Origin: Mahella australiensis 50-1 BON
GTDB lineage: Bacteria > Bacillota > Clostridia > Mahellales > Mahellaceae
NCBI RefSeq assembly: GCF_000213255.1
Contig: NC_015520.1
Span: 2,317,349-2,349,348, forward strand
Reading direction: 5' to 3'
Length of the DNA: 32,000 nucleotides
This document shows, one piece after another, positions 1 through 9,743 of the stretch (position 1 is its first letter; the number at the start of each line of letters is the position of its first letter). Position numbers and translations under genes: made by a program. The notes under the pieces were generated by a model. The model was given only the letters and a program-made list of their open reading frames with translations, did no database searches and was not told the DNA's origin.

Positions 1-722
1 ACGGCATAGTATGGCGGGAAAAACTTCTTGTCGTCCTCAAGCAATACAAGATCAAACTCGGGTATACGCGCATCGGTTGAAAATGCAGATATTACATCTA
101 CCTCATTGTTCTTTATAGAACTGTACATCAAACCCGAATCCATCGGTACAACATCCTTAAACTCTATGCCGTACGCTTCTTTCCAGCCCGGATATCCGTC
201 GGGCCTTTCACTGAACTGCATAGAACAACCCAGTACGGCGTTCTCAGCAACTTTGGCCAAATCCGAAGATTTGCTCAAACCATTGGCTTCGGCATAGTCC
301 TTCCTTACCGCCATAGCATAGGTATTGTTAAATCCCAGCGGTTCCAGCCATTTTATACTCCATCTGTCAAGGTAACTTTCCTTAACTACTTTATATGCCT
401 CGTCCGGGTCGGTGATAAGGTCCATCTGTAGCATTTGCATCAAGGCTGAACCGGTATATTCGACTGCGGCATCCACCTCGCCGCTTGTTATAGCATTATG
501 CAGCACCATAACGCCGTTTAATCCGAGCTTTCTCTCAACCTTGACATCAGGCATATTTCCCTCGACAAGAATAGCCAACATTTCACCGACGATAAACTGC
601 TCGGTATAGTTATCGGAGCCCACAACAAAGGTTTTGCTAACCGTACTCGAGCCGCAGCCGAGCACAGCACCTGATATCACAGCCAACAACAATATACAAC
701 TTATAAGCTTTATATTTCTCAT
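1..722 (-). CDS. Osmoprotectant (glycine betaine/choline/carnitine type) ABC transporter substrate-binding lipoprotein, OpuBC/OpuCC family; 3' end runs off the window
   Basis: Absent from the ORF track because it is open at the window edge. My reverse-complement translation from ATG at 722-720 gives MRNIKLISCILLLAVISGAVLGCGSSTVSKTFVVGSDNYTEQ...NTYAMAVRKDYAE...KKFFPPYYAV. This shows a signal peptide with an L-G-C lipobox and OpuBC/OpuCC-like motifs. ATGA start/stop overlap with the upstream permease. Confidence 0.8.
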   Translation of the reverse strand, partial: MRNIKLISCILLLAVISGAVLGCGSSTVSKTFVVGSDNYTEQFIVGEMLAILVEGNMPDVKVERKLGLNGVMVLHNAITSGEVDAAVEYTGSALMQMLQMDLITDPDEAYKVVKESYLDRWSIKWLEPLGFNNTYAMAVRKDYAEANGLSKSSDLAKVAENAVLGCSMQFSERPDGYPGWKEAYGIEFKDVVPMDSGLMYSSIKNNEVDVISAFSTDARIPEFDLVLLEDDKKFFPPYYA

Positions 723-1390
723 GCCTCAACCTCCTTTCCATTGGCTTGTTTAAGCCCTTTGGGCGTGACTGCCCTCTCCACCAATCCTAAAGCAAAATCG
801 ACCAGCAACGCCAATACCATAGCCGGTATAGCACCGGCCATTATCATCTGATTATTAACCATCGATATACCTCTATATACAAACTGCCCCAATCCTCCGG
901 CCCCTATCAATGCTGCCAGAGTAGTGAGCCCTACGCCAGTAACAGCCGATATTCTTACACCTGCCATTATTACAGGTAATGCCAGTGGTAGTTGAACCAT
1001 TCTCATAAGCTGGCCGTCGGTCATACCCATGCCTCGCCCGGCTTCTATCATTGCGCTATCAACATTACTAAGCCCAGTATACGTATTTTTTATAATCGGC
1101 AGCAGCGAATATAAAAATACCATAACGATAGACGGCACGGTACCTATCCCCAAAAAAGGAATAAGAAAGCCCAACAATGCAAGACTAGGCACCGCCTGAA
1201 TAGCGTTGGCTATACCGATAACTATAGATGACAATTTGTTCACCCTCGTTATCAAAATGCCGGCAGGCACGCCTATTGCTATAGCTATGGCTACTGCCAA
1301 AGCCGTAAGGTATATGTGCTGCCATGTAAGCATAAATATCTGATCGCTGCGATCGATCATAAACATTATATATTCTATTATTGTATCCAT
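719..1390 (-). CDS. Osmoprotectant ABC transporter permease (OpuBB/OpuCB-like, BPD-type inner membrane component)
   Basis: 223-aa hydrophobic ORF with an EAA-loop-like motif IEAGRGMGMTDGQLMRMVQLPLALP. It lies between the CBS-domain ATPase and the binding protein in the same orientation. Confidence 0.85.
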   Translation of the reverse strand: MDTIIEYIMFMIDRSDQIFMLTWQHIYLTALAVAIAIAIGVPAGILITRVNKLSSIVIGIANAIQAVPSLALLGFLIPFLGIGTVPSIVMVFLYSLLPIIKNTYTGLSNVDSAMIEAGRGMGMTDGQLMRMVQLPLALPVIMAGVRISAVTGVGLTTLAALIGAGGLGQFVYRGISMVNNQMIMAGAIPAMVLALLVDFALGLVERAVTPKGLKQANGKEVEA

Positions 1391-1394
1391 GCAT

Positions 1395-2513
1395 TCACTC
1401 CTCCCCTACGTATTTATCGCCGAGCACATTTACCAAACTACTCCTGGTTATCAGGCCTCTTAACCTGCCTTGCTCATCAGTAACAGGTACATACCCTATA
1501 TCGTTTTGTGCCATCAGCTTCAATATATCAGCCATCGAATCATCCAATTTAACGCTCAGTATATCACGCTCATATATTTCTTCCAACCGCCTGGCTTTAT
1601 TTGCATTGTTTCGCACCTGTTTGGCGGTTACTATACCCAAAAGCTTGTTTTTATCGTCTACTATGATAAGGCTATCGACGCTGCTGCTCGACATTATCTC
1701 CAACGCTTGAGTAAGCGTTCTGTTTGGCGTAGCCTTGACAGGATTTGTTATCATTATATCCTCGGCCTTTATATACTCAGGCTGCTGCCACATGCGCTTT
1801 TTGCCTATGAATTCTTCGACAAAACCGTGAGCCGGATGCCTTAACAGATTTTCCGGTGTATCGAATTGAAGAATTTCACCATCCCTCATGATACATATCC
1901 TATCCCCGAGCTTTAGCGCCTCATCCATATCGTGTGTGACAAAAACTATCGTCTTATGCAATTCCTGTTGCAAATTGAACAATTCATCCTGCAATTGAGC
2001 CCGCGTCAAGGGATCCAAAGCGCTGAAGGGTTCATCCATAAGTATGATATCAGGATCGGCCGCCAGCGCTCTGGCAACGCCTATCCTCTGTTGCTGTCCT
2101 CCCGAAAGTTCATTCGGATATCTGTTCATATATTCTTCCGGCGGCATGCCTACCAGCTCCATCAATTCTCTAACTCGCGCTGCTTTCTTATCCTCCGGCC
2201 AATTCTTTAACGTTGGTATTAATCCAATATTCTGCTCGACAGTCATATGCGGGAAAAGCCCTATCTGCTGTATGACATATCCGATATTCCTTCTTAATTC
2301 TATCGGGTCAGCCTTTAGTATATTCTGATCATTGATATATATAGCTCCAGATGATGGCTCTATCAATCTGTTGATCATTTTGAGCGTTGTAGTTTTACCA
2401 CAACCGCTTGGGCCTATAAGCACTGCTATTTCAGCATCATTAATCTCCATATTCAGATCTTTTATAACGGTCGTATCACCATAACGCTTTGCTACATTTT
2501 CAAATTTGATCAT
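1395..2513 (-). CDS. Osmoprotectant ABC transporter ATP-binding protein with C-terminal tandem CBS domains (OpuBA/OpuCA-like)
   Basis: Walker A GPSGCGKTT, signature LSGGQQQRIGVARAL, Walker B ILMDEPFSALD, and a CBS-like C-terminal half. I moved the start to MIKFENV (ATG 2513-2511), which follows AAGGAG (rc of 2525-2530). The ORF-track start at 2573 would lie inside the promoter -35. Confidence 0.85.
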   Translation of the reverse strand: MIKFENVAKRYGDTTVIKDLNMEINDAEIAVLIGPSGCGKTTTLKMINRLIEPSSGAIYINDQNILKADPIELRRNIGYVIQQIGLFPHMTVEQNIGLIPTLKNWPEDKKAARVRELMELVGMPPEEYMNRYPNELSGGQQQRIGVARALAADPDIILMDEPFSALDPLTRAQLQDELFNLQQELHKTIVFVTHDMDEALKLGDRICIMRDGEILQFDTPENLLRHPAHGFVEEFIGKKRMWQQPEYIKAEDIMITNPVKATPNRTLTQALEIMSSSSVDSLIIVDDKNKLLGIVTAKQVRNNANKARRLEEIYERDILSVKLDDSMADILKLMAQNDIGYVPVTDEQGRLRGLITRSSLVNVLGDKYVGEE

Positions 2514-2544
2514 GCGTTTTATACATCTCCTTCCAACAAACTTT

Positions 2545-2573
2545 ATTATATACATTAAGTTGTTACATGTCAA
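2545..2573 (-). promoter_or_regulatory. Consensus sigma-A promoter for the osmoprotectant ABC operon
   Basis: The minus strand reads TTGACA (rc of 2568-2573), a 17-nt spacer, then TATAAT (rc of 2545-2550), about 30 nt upstream of the ATPase start. Confidence 0.6.
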
Positions 2574-2713
2574 ATAAAAGGTAAAATATGGTTACTAATC
2601 GCGTCGCTCATATCTTGCAGCAATGAAACCGCTCTTCTTAAACAAGCTCTTCCACGTTCCATGCATTTATGTTAATATATTAAAAACGGTACGAAAGAGG
2701 ATGGGATTTAAAT

Positions 2714-3223
2714 ATGCATTTAAATTGGAATGCCATGCGCGATGAAGTAAATGATTTATTGGATACCAAGGGTTTTAAGGAAAGCCTGAATAATAAATGG
2801 CAACTGGCCGCTCTCTTACATACAGAAGTGGTAGAATTGCAGCTTGCCGATAATACTGATGAAGAAGAGCTGGAATTAGCCGACCTGTTTATACGCGCTT
2901 TAAATCTGGTTATAGCCAATGACATGGATTTAAGTCAGTGTGATTTCTCAGATACATCATGGATGACCCTTCTAAAACAAAACAGGGATTTTCGCGCGGT
3001 AGACTGCCTTAATTACGCCATAGTCCAATATACTGAGGCCATAAAAAAACATAAGGGTTTAACCGAGGAAAATCATTCTATAATTATGATACTTCAGGCT
3101 TTAATTCAATATGCCGATATACTCGGACTGGATATAAATCATATCTTCAGGAGAAAAATGGATATAAATTGGGGGCGCCCTTATCGTTATGGTACCGGCA
3201 TGGAAGAACCTGCTTATTCTTAA
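2714..3223 (+). CDS. Hypothetical protein, possibly MazG-like all-alpha nucleotide pyrophosphohydrolase fold
   Basis: 169-aa ORF with helical acidic motifs (HTEVVELQ, EELELADLFIRALNL) resembling MazG/dimeric-dUTPase-like proteins. Assignment is by motif resemblance only. Confidence 0.4.
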   Translation: MHLNWNAMRDEVNDLLDTKGFKESLNNKWQLAALLHTEVVELQLADNTDEEELELADLFIRALNLVIANDMDLSQCDFSDTSWMTLLKQNRDFRAVDCLNYAIVQYTEAIKKHKGLTEENHSIIMILQALIQYADILGLDINHIFRRKMDINWGRPYRYGTGMEEPAYS

Positions 3224-3231
3224 AAACACTA

Positions 3232-3260
3232 TTGACTTCTTAAGAAGTCGATAGTATACT
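3232..3260 (+). promoter_or_regulatory. Promoter with overlapping palindromic operator upstream of the marR-ABC operon
   Basis: TTGACT (3232-3237), a 17-nt spacer, then TATACT (3255-3260). A perfect 16-bp palindrome GACTTCTTAAGAAGTC (3234-3249) overlaps the -35, as expected for a MarR autoregulatory site. Confidence 0.55.
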
Positions 3261-3297
3261 AATAGTTATCTTATTAATTATTAGTTAGTTAAGCAGT

Positions 3298-3804
3298 ATG
3301 CTTGCTGAAAGGAGATTTTGTCAGTTGTTTAACGGAGAATCAGACGATATACCATTTTTAAAATTGGAAGGGGTAGATCCTATTTCTCTTAAAGTATTTC
3401 AGTCTTTTTTTAGAACAGCGCGCTTTCACAGCCAGCTTGTATTTAAGATGACCTCCGAGAATGGCATATATCCCGGACAGGCGATGTGCCTGTGGTTTAT
3501 CAGCCAAGAACCTGGTATAAGCCAGCGCAATCTGGCTGAAAAATTACATGTAGCACCGCCCACTGTCACTCATATGCTCCAAAAGCTAGAAAAGGCAGGC
3601 TTTATAGTGCGCAGGGATGACGAGCACGATCAACGTTTGAGCCGCATATATTTAACAGATACCGGTATTACCATGTTAAATACACTGAAAAGTACATTCG
3701 CTGAGATCATACACATAAGCCTAAAAGGCTTAAGCAGCGAACAGCAGGAAGAACTCGTGCATATGTTCGATACCATGAGCTCAAATATACTGCGTGAACT
3801 ATAA
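3298..3804 (+). CDS. MarR-family transcriptional regulator
   Basis: Winged-HTH region QRNLAEKLHVAPPTVTHMLQKLEKAGFIVRRDDEHDQRLSRIYLTDTG. The start may instead be the in-frame TTG at 3325, about 10 nt after GGAG (3311-3314). Confidence 0.8.
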   Translation: MLAERRFCQLFNGESDDIPFLKLEGVDPISLKVFQSFFRTARFHSQLVFKMTSENGIYPGQAMCLWFISQEPGISQRNLAEKLHVAPPTVTHMLQKLEKAGFIVRRDDEHDQRLSRIYLTDTGITMLNTLKSTFAEIIHISLKGLSSEQQEELVHMFDTMSSNILREL

Positions 3805-3826
3805 AATAGAAAGGACAGGTATTTGC

Positions 3827-5560
3827 ATGAAAGATTTATTAGTTAAATTCTTGAAACCATACTGGAAACAGATAACATTGGCTATAATATTGCTGGTAGT
3901 ACAGGCCATATCAAACCTATATTTGCCCAATTTAAACGCCGACATCATAAATAACGGCGTGGCCAAAGGCGACATAGATTATATAATAAATACAGGCGGG
4001 TTTATGCTGGCCGTTACACTACTGCTGGCTATCTGTGCCGTGGCTTCAGCATATCTCGGCTCTAAAACAGCCATGGCCTTTGGGCGCGATGTCAGAAGGG
4101 CTATATTTTACAAGGTGGAGAGCTTCTCACAAGCGGAGGTAGATAAATTCGGCACCCCATCGCTGATCACGCGAAATACCAATGATGTGCAACAGGTGCA
4201 GATGTTGGTCCTGCTTGGATTAAACCTCATGGTCATGGCCCCTATCATGGCCATAGGCGGTATTATAATGGCCCTTCGACAAGATGTGGTACTATCGTAC
4301 TCCATTATCATAATAGTTCCTATTATGGCAGCTATAGTAGGATTGATGCTATGGAAGGCCACGCCGCTGTTTCGCTCCATACAGGTCAAGATAGACCGCG
4401 TAAACCAGGTCATGCGCGAAAAACTAATGGGGGTAAGGGTCATAAGAGCATTCGTAAAAAATGAGCATGAGGCTAAGCGCTTCGATGAGGCTAATCGCGA
4501 TCTTACAGCTACTACATTAAAAGTGAATAGAATAATGGCATTCGCTATGCCATCGCTTATGGCTGTCATGAATTTGGCTACTGTTGCCATAGTATGGTTC
4601 GGTGCAGGGCGAATAGATAGCGGCGCCATGCCCATAGGTAACCTTACTGCCTTTTTGACATACATCATGCAAATAATGATATCGGTCATGATGGCCATGG
4701 GCATGTTCATAATGGTACCGAGGGCCGAAGCCTCTGCCGAACGCTTATCGGAGGTGCTCGATACCGAACCTTCCATAAAGGATACACCGACCCCGGCCGC
4801 ACCAAGCGATATAAAAGGATACCTCGAATTTCGCAATGTGGAATTCAGCTACCCGGGTGCCGAAGAACCGGTGTTAAAGGGCATATCCTTTGAAGCAAGG
4901 CCGGGCCAAACTACCGCTATCATAGGCAGCACAGGCTGCGGCAAAACCACGCTGGTAAACCTTATCCCGCGCTTCTATGACGTGACCGGCGGCAGTATAT
5001 TGATAGACGGCACAGATATACGTGATATGACTCAACAAAATTTAAGGGATAAAATAGGACTAGTACCACAAAAGGCCTTTCTTTTCAGTGGAACGGTGGC
5101 CGATAATCTGCGTTACGGCAATGAAAACGCTACCGATGACGAGCTCTGGCATGCGCTGGAAGTAGCGCAAGCCAAAGATTTTGTGATGGAAATGCCTGGT
5201 CAATTAGATGCACCCATTGAGCAAGGCGGCACCAATGTATCTGGCGGTCAGCGCCAGAGATTGGCTATCGCAAGAGCTCTGGTAAAAAAGCCTGAGATAT
5301 ATGTATTTGATGATAGTTTCTCCGCGTTGGATTTTAAGACCGACGCTAAGCTGCGATTGGCACTCAAAGGAGAGACATCCGGCTCAACTGTAGTAATCGT
5401 CGCACAGCGCGTGAGCACCATCATGGATGCCGACCGCATCATCGCCTTGAACGATAACGGCATCATAGCCGGCATAGGTACACATGCACAGCTCATGGAA
5501 ACATGCGATGTATATCGAGAAATAGTATATTCTCAGCTTTCAAAGGAGGAGATAGCATGA
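3827..5560 (+). CDS. Heterodimeric ABC exporter subunit (TMD-NBD fusion) carrying the degenerate Walker B (LmrC/BmrC-like)
   Basis: Six-TM type I exporter domain followed by an NBD. Walker A GSTGCGKTT, signature VSGGQRQRLAIARAL, Walker B IYVFDDSFSALD with Asp in place of the catalytic Glu. Start moved to MKDLLVKF (ATG 3827), downstream of AAAGGA. Confidence 0.85.
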   Translation: MKDLLVKFLKPYWKQITLAIILLVVQAISNLYLPNLNADIINNGVAKGDIDYIINTGGFMLAVTLLLAICAVASAYLGSKTAMAFGRDVRRAIFYKVESFSQAEVDKFGTPSLITRNTNDVQQVQMLVLLGLNLMVMAPIMAIGGIIMALRQDVVLSYSIIIIVPIMAAIVGLMLWKATPLFRSIQVKIDRVNQVMREKLMGVRVIRAFVKNEHEAKRFDEANRDLTATTLKVNRIMAFAMPSLMAVMNLATVAIVWFGAGRIDSGAMPIGNLTAFLTYIMQIMISVMMAMGMFIMVPRAEASAERLSEVLDTEPSIKDTPTPAAPSDIKGYLEFRNVEFSYPGAEEPVLKGISFEARPGQTTAIIGSTGCGKTTLVNLIPRFYDVTGGSILIDGTDIRDMTQQNLRDKIGLVPQKAFLFSGTVADNLRYGNENATDDELWHALEVAQAKDFVMEMPGQLDAPIEQGGTNVSGGQRQRLAIARALVKKPEIYVFDDSFSALDFKTDAKLRLALKGETSGSTVVIVAQRVSTIMDADRIIALNDNGIIAGIGTHAQLMETCDVYREIVYSQLSKEEIA

Positions 5561-7527
5561 GCCAAGACAACAAGCCCAAAACACGCCCAAGAAGGCAGCG
5601 CGGCGGTTTCGGCGGCGGACGTGCAGCTATGATGCCGGCTGAAAAAGCCAAGGATTTCAAAGGCACTCTCAAGCGCCTTATAAACTACCTTAAACCGCAA
5701 GCTTTTAAGATATTGCTGGTTATCATTTTCACTATAGTAAGTGTGGCTTTTACCATCTCCGCCCCAAAGATACTAGGCCAGGCTACGAACGAGCTGTTCG
5801 GCGGTGTAATAAGCAAACAGTTACCAGCCGGTATGACAAAGGACCAGGTTATTGCCGGACTAAAAGCCCGGGGGCAGGACCAAATGGCAGAGATGATATC
5901 GGGTATGGAGCTAACGCCGGGGAAAGGTGTGGATTTCGACGCTATATTGCATATACTTATTATCCTCGCCGGCGTATACCTTCTGGCCTCGGTTTTCCAA
6001 TGGCTGCAGCAATATATAATGGCCAGCGTGGCCCAAGGTACGGTATATAGGCTGCGGCGCGACGTGGATAAAAAGTTGGCCAAACTGCCACTTAAATACT
6101 ATGATGATCACCCTCACGGCGATATTTTAAGCCGTGTAACCAACGACGTGGATAATATAGCGCATACGCTCCAACAAAGCCTTACGCAGCTGGTGCACGC
6201 GACGGTTACAGTTATAGGCGTGTTGATCATGATGTTCTCCATAAGCTCGCTGCTGGCATGGATCTCGCTGATAGTCATACCGCTGTCATTGATAGTAACC
6301 ATGCTCATAGCCAAGCAATCTCAGAAACAATTCATAGCTCAATGGGATAGCACCGGCAACCTGAACGGCCATATAGAGGAGATGTTTACAGGCCATAATA
6401 TAGTCAAGGCGTTCAATCGTCAGGATGAAGCCATCGAGCGCTTCGATGAGGAGAATGAAAGGCTCTATAAAGCCAGTTTTAAAGCCCAATTTATATCCGG
6501 TATAATACACCCTGCCATAAACTTCCTTAATAATCTTAATTATGTGGCGGTATGCGTTATAGGCGGTATACGCGTGGCCAACGGTATCATCACGTTAGGT
6601 GATGTGCAGGCTTTTATACAATACTCCAGGCAATTTACACAACCTATAGTACAAACGGCCAGCATAATGAATATACTGCAGTCTACCGTAGCCTCCGCTG
6701 AGCGCGTGTTCGAGCTGCTGGACGAACAAGAAGAAATACCTGACACCGACAATCCGGTGGTATTGGACGATATTAAGGGCCATGTAAAGTTTGAACACGT
6801 GTACTTCCGTTACAAGCCGGACGTACCTCTAATCGAAGACATGAACCTTGATGCACAGCCTGGGCACACTATAGCCATAGTAGGGCCCACTGGAGCAGGT
6901 AAAACAACGCTGGTCAATCTGCTTATGCGTTTCTATGAGATAGACAGTGGGCGTATCACAGTAGACGGCGTGGATATACGCGACATGAGGCGCGATGACT
7001 TGCGCAAAAATTTTGGCATGGTGTTGCAGGACACATGGCTGTTCAACGGCACCATAAAGGAAAATATAGCCTACGGTAAGGAAAACGCCACCGATGACGA
7101 GATAATAGCTGCAGCGCGAGCAGCATATGTCGATCATTTTGTACGGACGTTGCCCGACGGATATAACACCGTATTAAACGACGATGCCTCTAATATATCG
7201 CAAGGGCAAAAGCAGCTTCTGACCATAGCGCGCGCGTTTTTAGCCGACCCACGGATATTGATACTGGATGAGGCGACCAGTTCAGTTGATACGCGCACCG
7301 AGATGCTTATACAAAAAGCCATGGCTAAACTGATGAAAGACCGCACCAGCTTCGTCATAGCGCACAGGCTATCCACTATACGCGACGCCGATAACATACT
7401 GGTCATGAATAATGGCCGTATCATAGAGCAGGGCAATCATCAGGAGCTGATGGCTGCGCGCGGTTTCTACTACGATTTATATAATAGCCAATTCCTCGGC
7501 GCATACGCCGATGTCGATGCTGTATAA
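5557..7527 (+). CDS. Heterodimeric ABC exporter subunit (TMD-NBD fusion) with consensus Walker B and degenerate signature (LmrD/BmrD-like)
   Basis: Walker A GPTGAGKTT, Walker B ILILDEATSSVD, and signature ISQGQKQLLTIARAF (SQGQ instead of SGGQ). Basic Gly-rich N-terminus MSQDNKPKTRPRRQRGGFGGGR. Start at ATG 5557 after AAAGGAGG, with an ATGA overlap on the upstream stop. Confidence 0.85.
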   Translation: MSQDNKPKTRPRRQRGGFGGGRAAMMPAEKAKDFKGTLKRLINYLKPQAFKILLVIIFTIVSVAFTISAPKILGQATNELFGGVISKQLPAGMTKDQVIAGLKARGQDQMAEMISGMELTPGKGVDFDAILHILIILAGVYLLASVFQWLQQYIMASVAQGTVYRLRRDVDKKLAKLPLKYYDDHPHGDILSRVTNDVDNIAHTLQQSLTQLVHATVTVIGVLIMMFSISSLLAWISLIVIPLSLIVTMLIAKQSQKQFIAQWDSTGNLNGHIEEMFTGHNIVKAFNRQDEAIERFDEENERLYKASFKAQFISGIIHPAINFLNNLNYVAVCVIGGIRVANGIITLGDVQAFIQYSRQFTQPIVQTASIMNILQSTVASAERVFELLDEQEEIPDTDNPVVLDDIKGHVKFEHVYFRYKPDVPLIEDMNLDAQPGHTIAIVGPTGAGKTTLVNLLMRFYEIDSGRITVDGVDIRDMRRDDLRKNFGMVLQDTWLFNGTIKENIAYGKENATDDEIIAAARAAYVDHFVRTLPDGYNTVLNDDASNISQGQKQLLTIARAFLADPRILILDEATSSVDTRTEMLIQKAMAKLMKDRTSFVIAHRLSTIRDADNILVMNNGRIIEQGNHQELMAARGFYYDLYNSQFLGAYADVDAV

Positions 7528-7560
7528 GAAAAAGGCGTGACTATAGTCACGCCTTTTTCT
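7528..7560. terminator. Bidirectional rho-independent terminator between convergent genes
   Basis: AAAAAGGCGTGACTATAGTCACGCCTTTTT: an 8-bp GC-containing stem flanked by an A-run and a T-run. It sits between the ABC exporter stop (7527) and the GH31 stop (7566). Confidence 0.8.
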
Positions 7561-7565
7561 CTTAA

Positions 7566-9572
7566 TTATTTATATATGGGAAGCTCTACGTTGCCTCTTA
7601 AAAAGAGCGGTATAACGTGCAGTGGCGCATCACATTCTATACACTGGCCTCCTTCGTAAACAGTACCCGTAGCAGCATCCCGCCAATCAGCTCCTTCAGG
7701 CAAATAAACCTTCCTGCTGCGTTGCCCCTCGTACAATATTGGGGATACCAATATATCCGGGCCAAACATATACTGGTCATCGACATCCCAGCAAGCACTG
7801 TCATCAGGGAAATCATAGAAAAGTGGCCTTATAACCGGCGTACCTTTCTCATGGGCTGCTCTCATCTGTTCTTTTATATATGGACGCAAGCGTTCGCGTA
7901 CAAACATATATTTCCTGAAGATTTCATATGCCTCTTGGCCATAACTCCATACCTCGTTGGCTGCGCCGCTGGGCAACGCACCTCCTCCGGCCGGCCCTAT
8001 CGGCTGACCGTGCGGTTCACGATCGCCATGTAGGCGAAACACGGGACAGAAGGCTCCAAACTGAAACCATCGAATAATGCATTCTCTGAAAGCGGGATCA
8101 TCGGGATTACCTCCATGAAATCCTCCTATATCGGTTGTCCACCATGGTATACCAGCTAACCCCATATTTAGGCCTGCACGCAATTGATCCCTCAGTGCCC
8201 TAAAGCTGGAGTGTATATCCCCCGACCAGACAAGGGCGCCATAGCGCTGACTGCCAGCCCATGCACATCTCAAAAGGTTAACTACATTTTGCTGACCCGC
8301 CGCCATCATTCCATCAAAGAACGTCTTAGCATACATGACCGGATATATGTTGCCAACCTGCATCACCGGACCCATGTAATAGCGATAATTGTCATAGTCA
8401 TATACCGAGTATTCGGGTTCGGCTTCATCCAGCCAAAATATTTTTATACCTTTATCATAATAATTTCTTTTAGCCACATTCCATACAAAATCACGCGCTC
8501 CTGGATTGGTAGGATCAAAGAATACAGTATTAAACATAAACTCCATAGTTGTCCGGATGCCTCTATCCGTTCTGACCAGATAACCTTTATTCAGCATTTC
8601 CTCATAGTTTTCACTTCGTTTATCCACAGTAGGCCATATGGATACCATCAGTTCTATGCCCATATCCTTCAGCTCTTTTACCATAGCATCGGGATCCGGC
8701 CAATATTCAGGATCGAATTTCCAGTCACCTTGTAGCGGCCAGTGAAAGAAGTCTATCACTATAACATCGATAGGTAGTCCTCTGCGCTTATATTCGCGGG
8801 CAATATTCAACAGCTCATCTTGTGTCTGGTAACGCAGCTTACATTGCCAAAACCCCATGCCGTAATCAGGCATCATAGGCACAGTGCCGGTTACTTTGGC
8901 ATATGCTTCTTCTATTTCGGCCGGCGTATCACCTGCGGTTATCCAATAGTCCATCTGCTTAGTAGATTCAGCCACCCATTCGGTCAGATTTTTGCCAAAC
9001 GATACCCTTCCTATAGCTGGATTATTCCACAAAAAACCATGTCCGAGAGAAGATATAGCAAACGGCACGCTAGCCTGTGAATTCCTGTGAGCCAATTCAA
9101 GTACACAGTTTTTGACGTTCAGATACGGTTGTTGATATTGGCCCATGCCGAATACCTTTTCTTCAGGATCAGATTCAAATCTTACAATAAGTTTGTAATC
9201 GTCACTTTTTATATTAGGTTTAAAATCACGCGCCTTTATATTAAGTGGACTGGAAAATTTGCTGATATCCATTCTGTTGCGGTTATATTCTTCCAGCAAC
9301 AAACGCCCTTCCTGGTTATAAAACCTGATGCTGCCGTCAGCCATAATATCCGCACGAATCTTGCCATTTTTTATCGATGCCTTATCTCCGTCTGTGCATA
9401 TATCAGCCATACTATTTTCAGCCGGCAGCAAGGCCCAGTTTTCATCCTCCATAGTTCTTCTGCATGTTGATCGAACACGAAGGCCATTTTCCCCCCACGC
9501 CTCAATCCAAAGTTGCTCGCTATCATAGTGATAAATCAAGCGATTTCCATCTTCTACAAAATTCCCTCTCAT
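7566..9572 (-). CDS. Glycoside hydrolase family 31 (alpha-glucosidase/alpha-xylosidase type)
   Basis: 668-aa ORF with GH31-like catalytic regions KIFWLDEAEPE (nucleophile region) and LVWSGDIHSSF (acid/base region). Confidence 0.8.
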   Translation of the reverse strand: MRGNFVEDGNRLIYHYDSEQLWIEAWGENGLRVRSTCRRTMEDENWALLPAENSMADICTDGDKASIKNGKIRADIMADGSIRFYNQEGRLLLEEYNRNRMDISKFSSPLNIKARDFKPNIKSDDYKLIVRFESDPEEKVFGMGQYQQPYLNVKNCVLELAHRNSQASVPFAISSLGHGFLWNNPAIGRVSFGKNLTEWVAESTKQMDYWITAGDTPAEIEEAYAKVTGTVPMMPDYGMGFWQCKLRYQTQDELLNIAREYKRRGLPIDVIVIDFFHWPLQGDWKFDPEYWPDPDAMVKELKDMGIELMVSIWPTVDKRSENYEEMLNKGYLVRTDRGIRTTMEFMFNTVFFDPTNPGARDFVWNVAKRNYYDKGIKIFWLDEAEPEYSVYDYDNYRYYMGPVMQVGNIYPVMYAKTFFDGMMAAGQQNVVNLLRCAWAGSQRYGALVWSGDIHSSFRALRDQLRAGLNMGLAGIPWWTTDIGGFHGGNPDDPAFRECIIRWFQFGAFCPVFRLHGDREPHGQPIGPAGGGALPSGAANEVWSYGQEAYEIFRKYMFVRERLRPYIKEQMRAAHEKGTPVIRPLFYDFPDDSACWDVDDQYMFGPDILVSPILYEGQRSRKVYLPEGADWRDAATGTVYEGGQCIECDAPLHVIPLFLRGNVELPIYK

Positions 9573-9691
9573 TTTTAACGTTCCTCCTGTTTTTATTGAC
9601 GTTTATTGAACCGCAACCATAGTAAATATAATAAAAATCCCAATCCACCATAATTCTAATACTTTCTATTTTCTTTGTCCATAAATATTAA

Positions 9692-9720
9692 TTGGCAATT
9701 ATACTATGCTCTGGTATAAT
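9692..9720 (+). promoter_or_regulatory. Sigma-A promoter for the NatAB-like operon
   Basis: TTGGCA (9692-9697), a 17-nt spacer, then TATAAT (9715-9720), with TG at 9712-9713 giving an extended -10. Confidence 0.55.
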
Positions 9721-9743
9721 TATTATAGTTTCAATATAAGGAG

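Noticed and set aside
28-609. Plus-strand ORFs 28-297 and 412-609
   Set aside because: They are low-complexity, Ser/Thr-rich, and antisense to a convincing OpuBC/OpuCC-like lipoprotein gene that fills the whole region on the minus strand.
4108-4836. 242-aa minus-strand ORF inside the first ABC exporter gene
   Set aside because: It is antisense to a gene with clear ABC motifs, has no RBS or recognisable motif, and is a typical shadow ORF. The same reasoning applies to 5248-5496, 5685-7436 (several ORFs), 7617-9528 (plus-strand ORFs inside GH31), 10043-11619, 25605-27596, 27720-29163 and 31161-31860.
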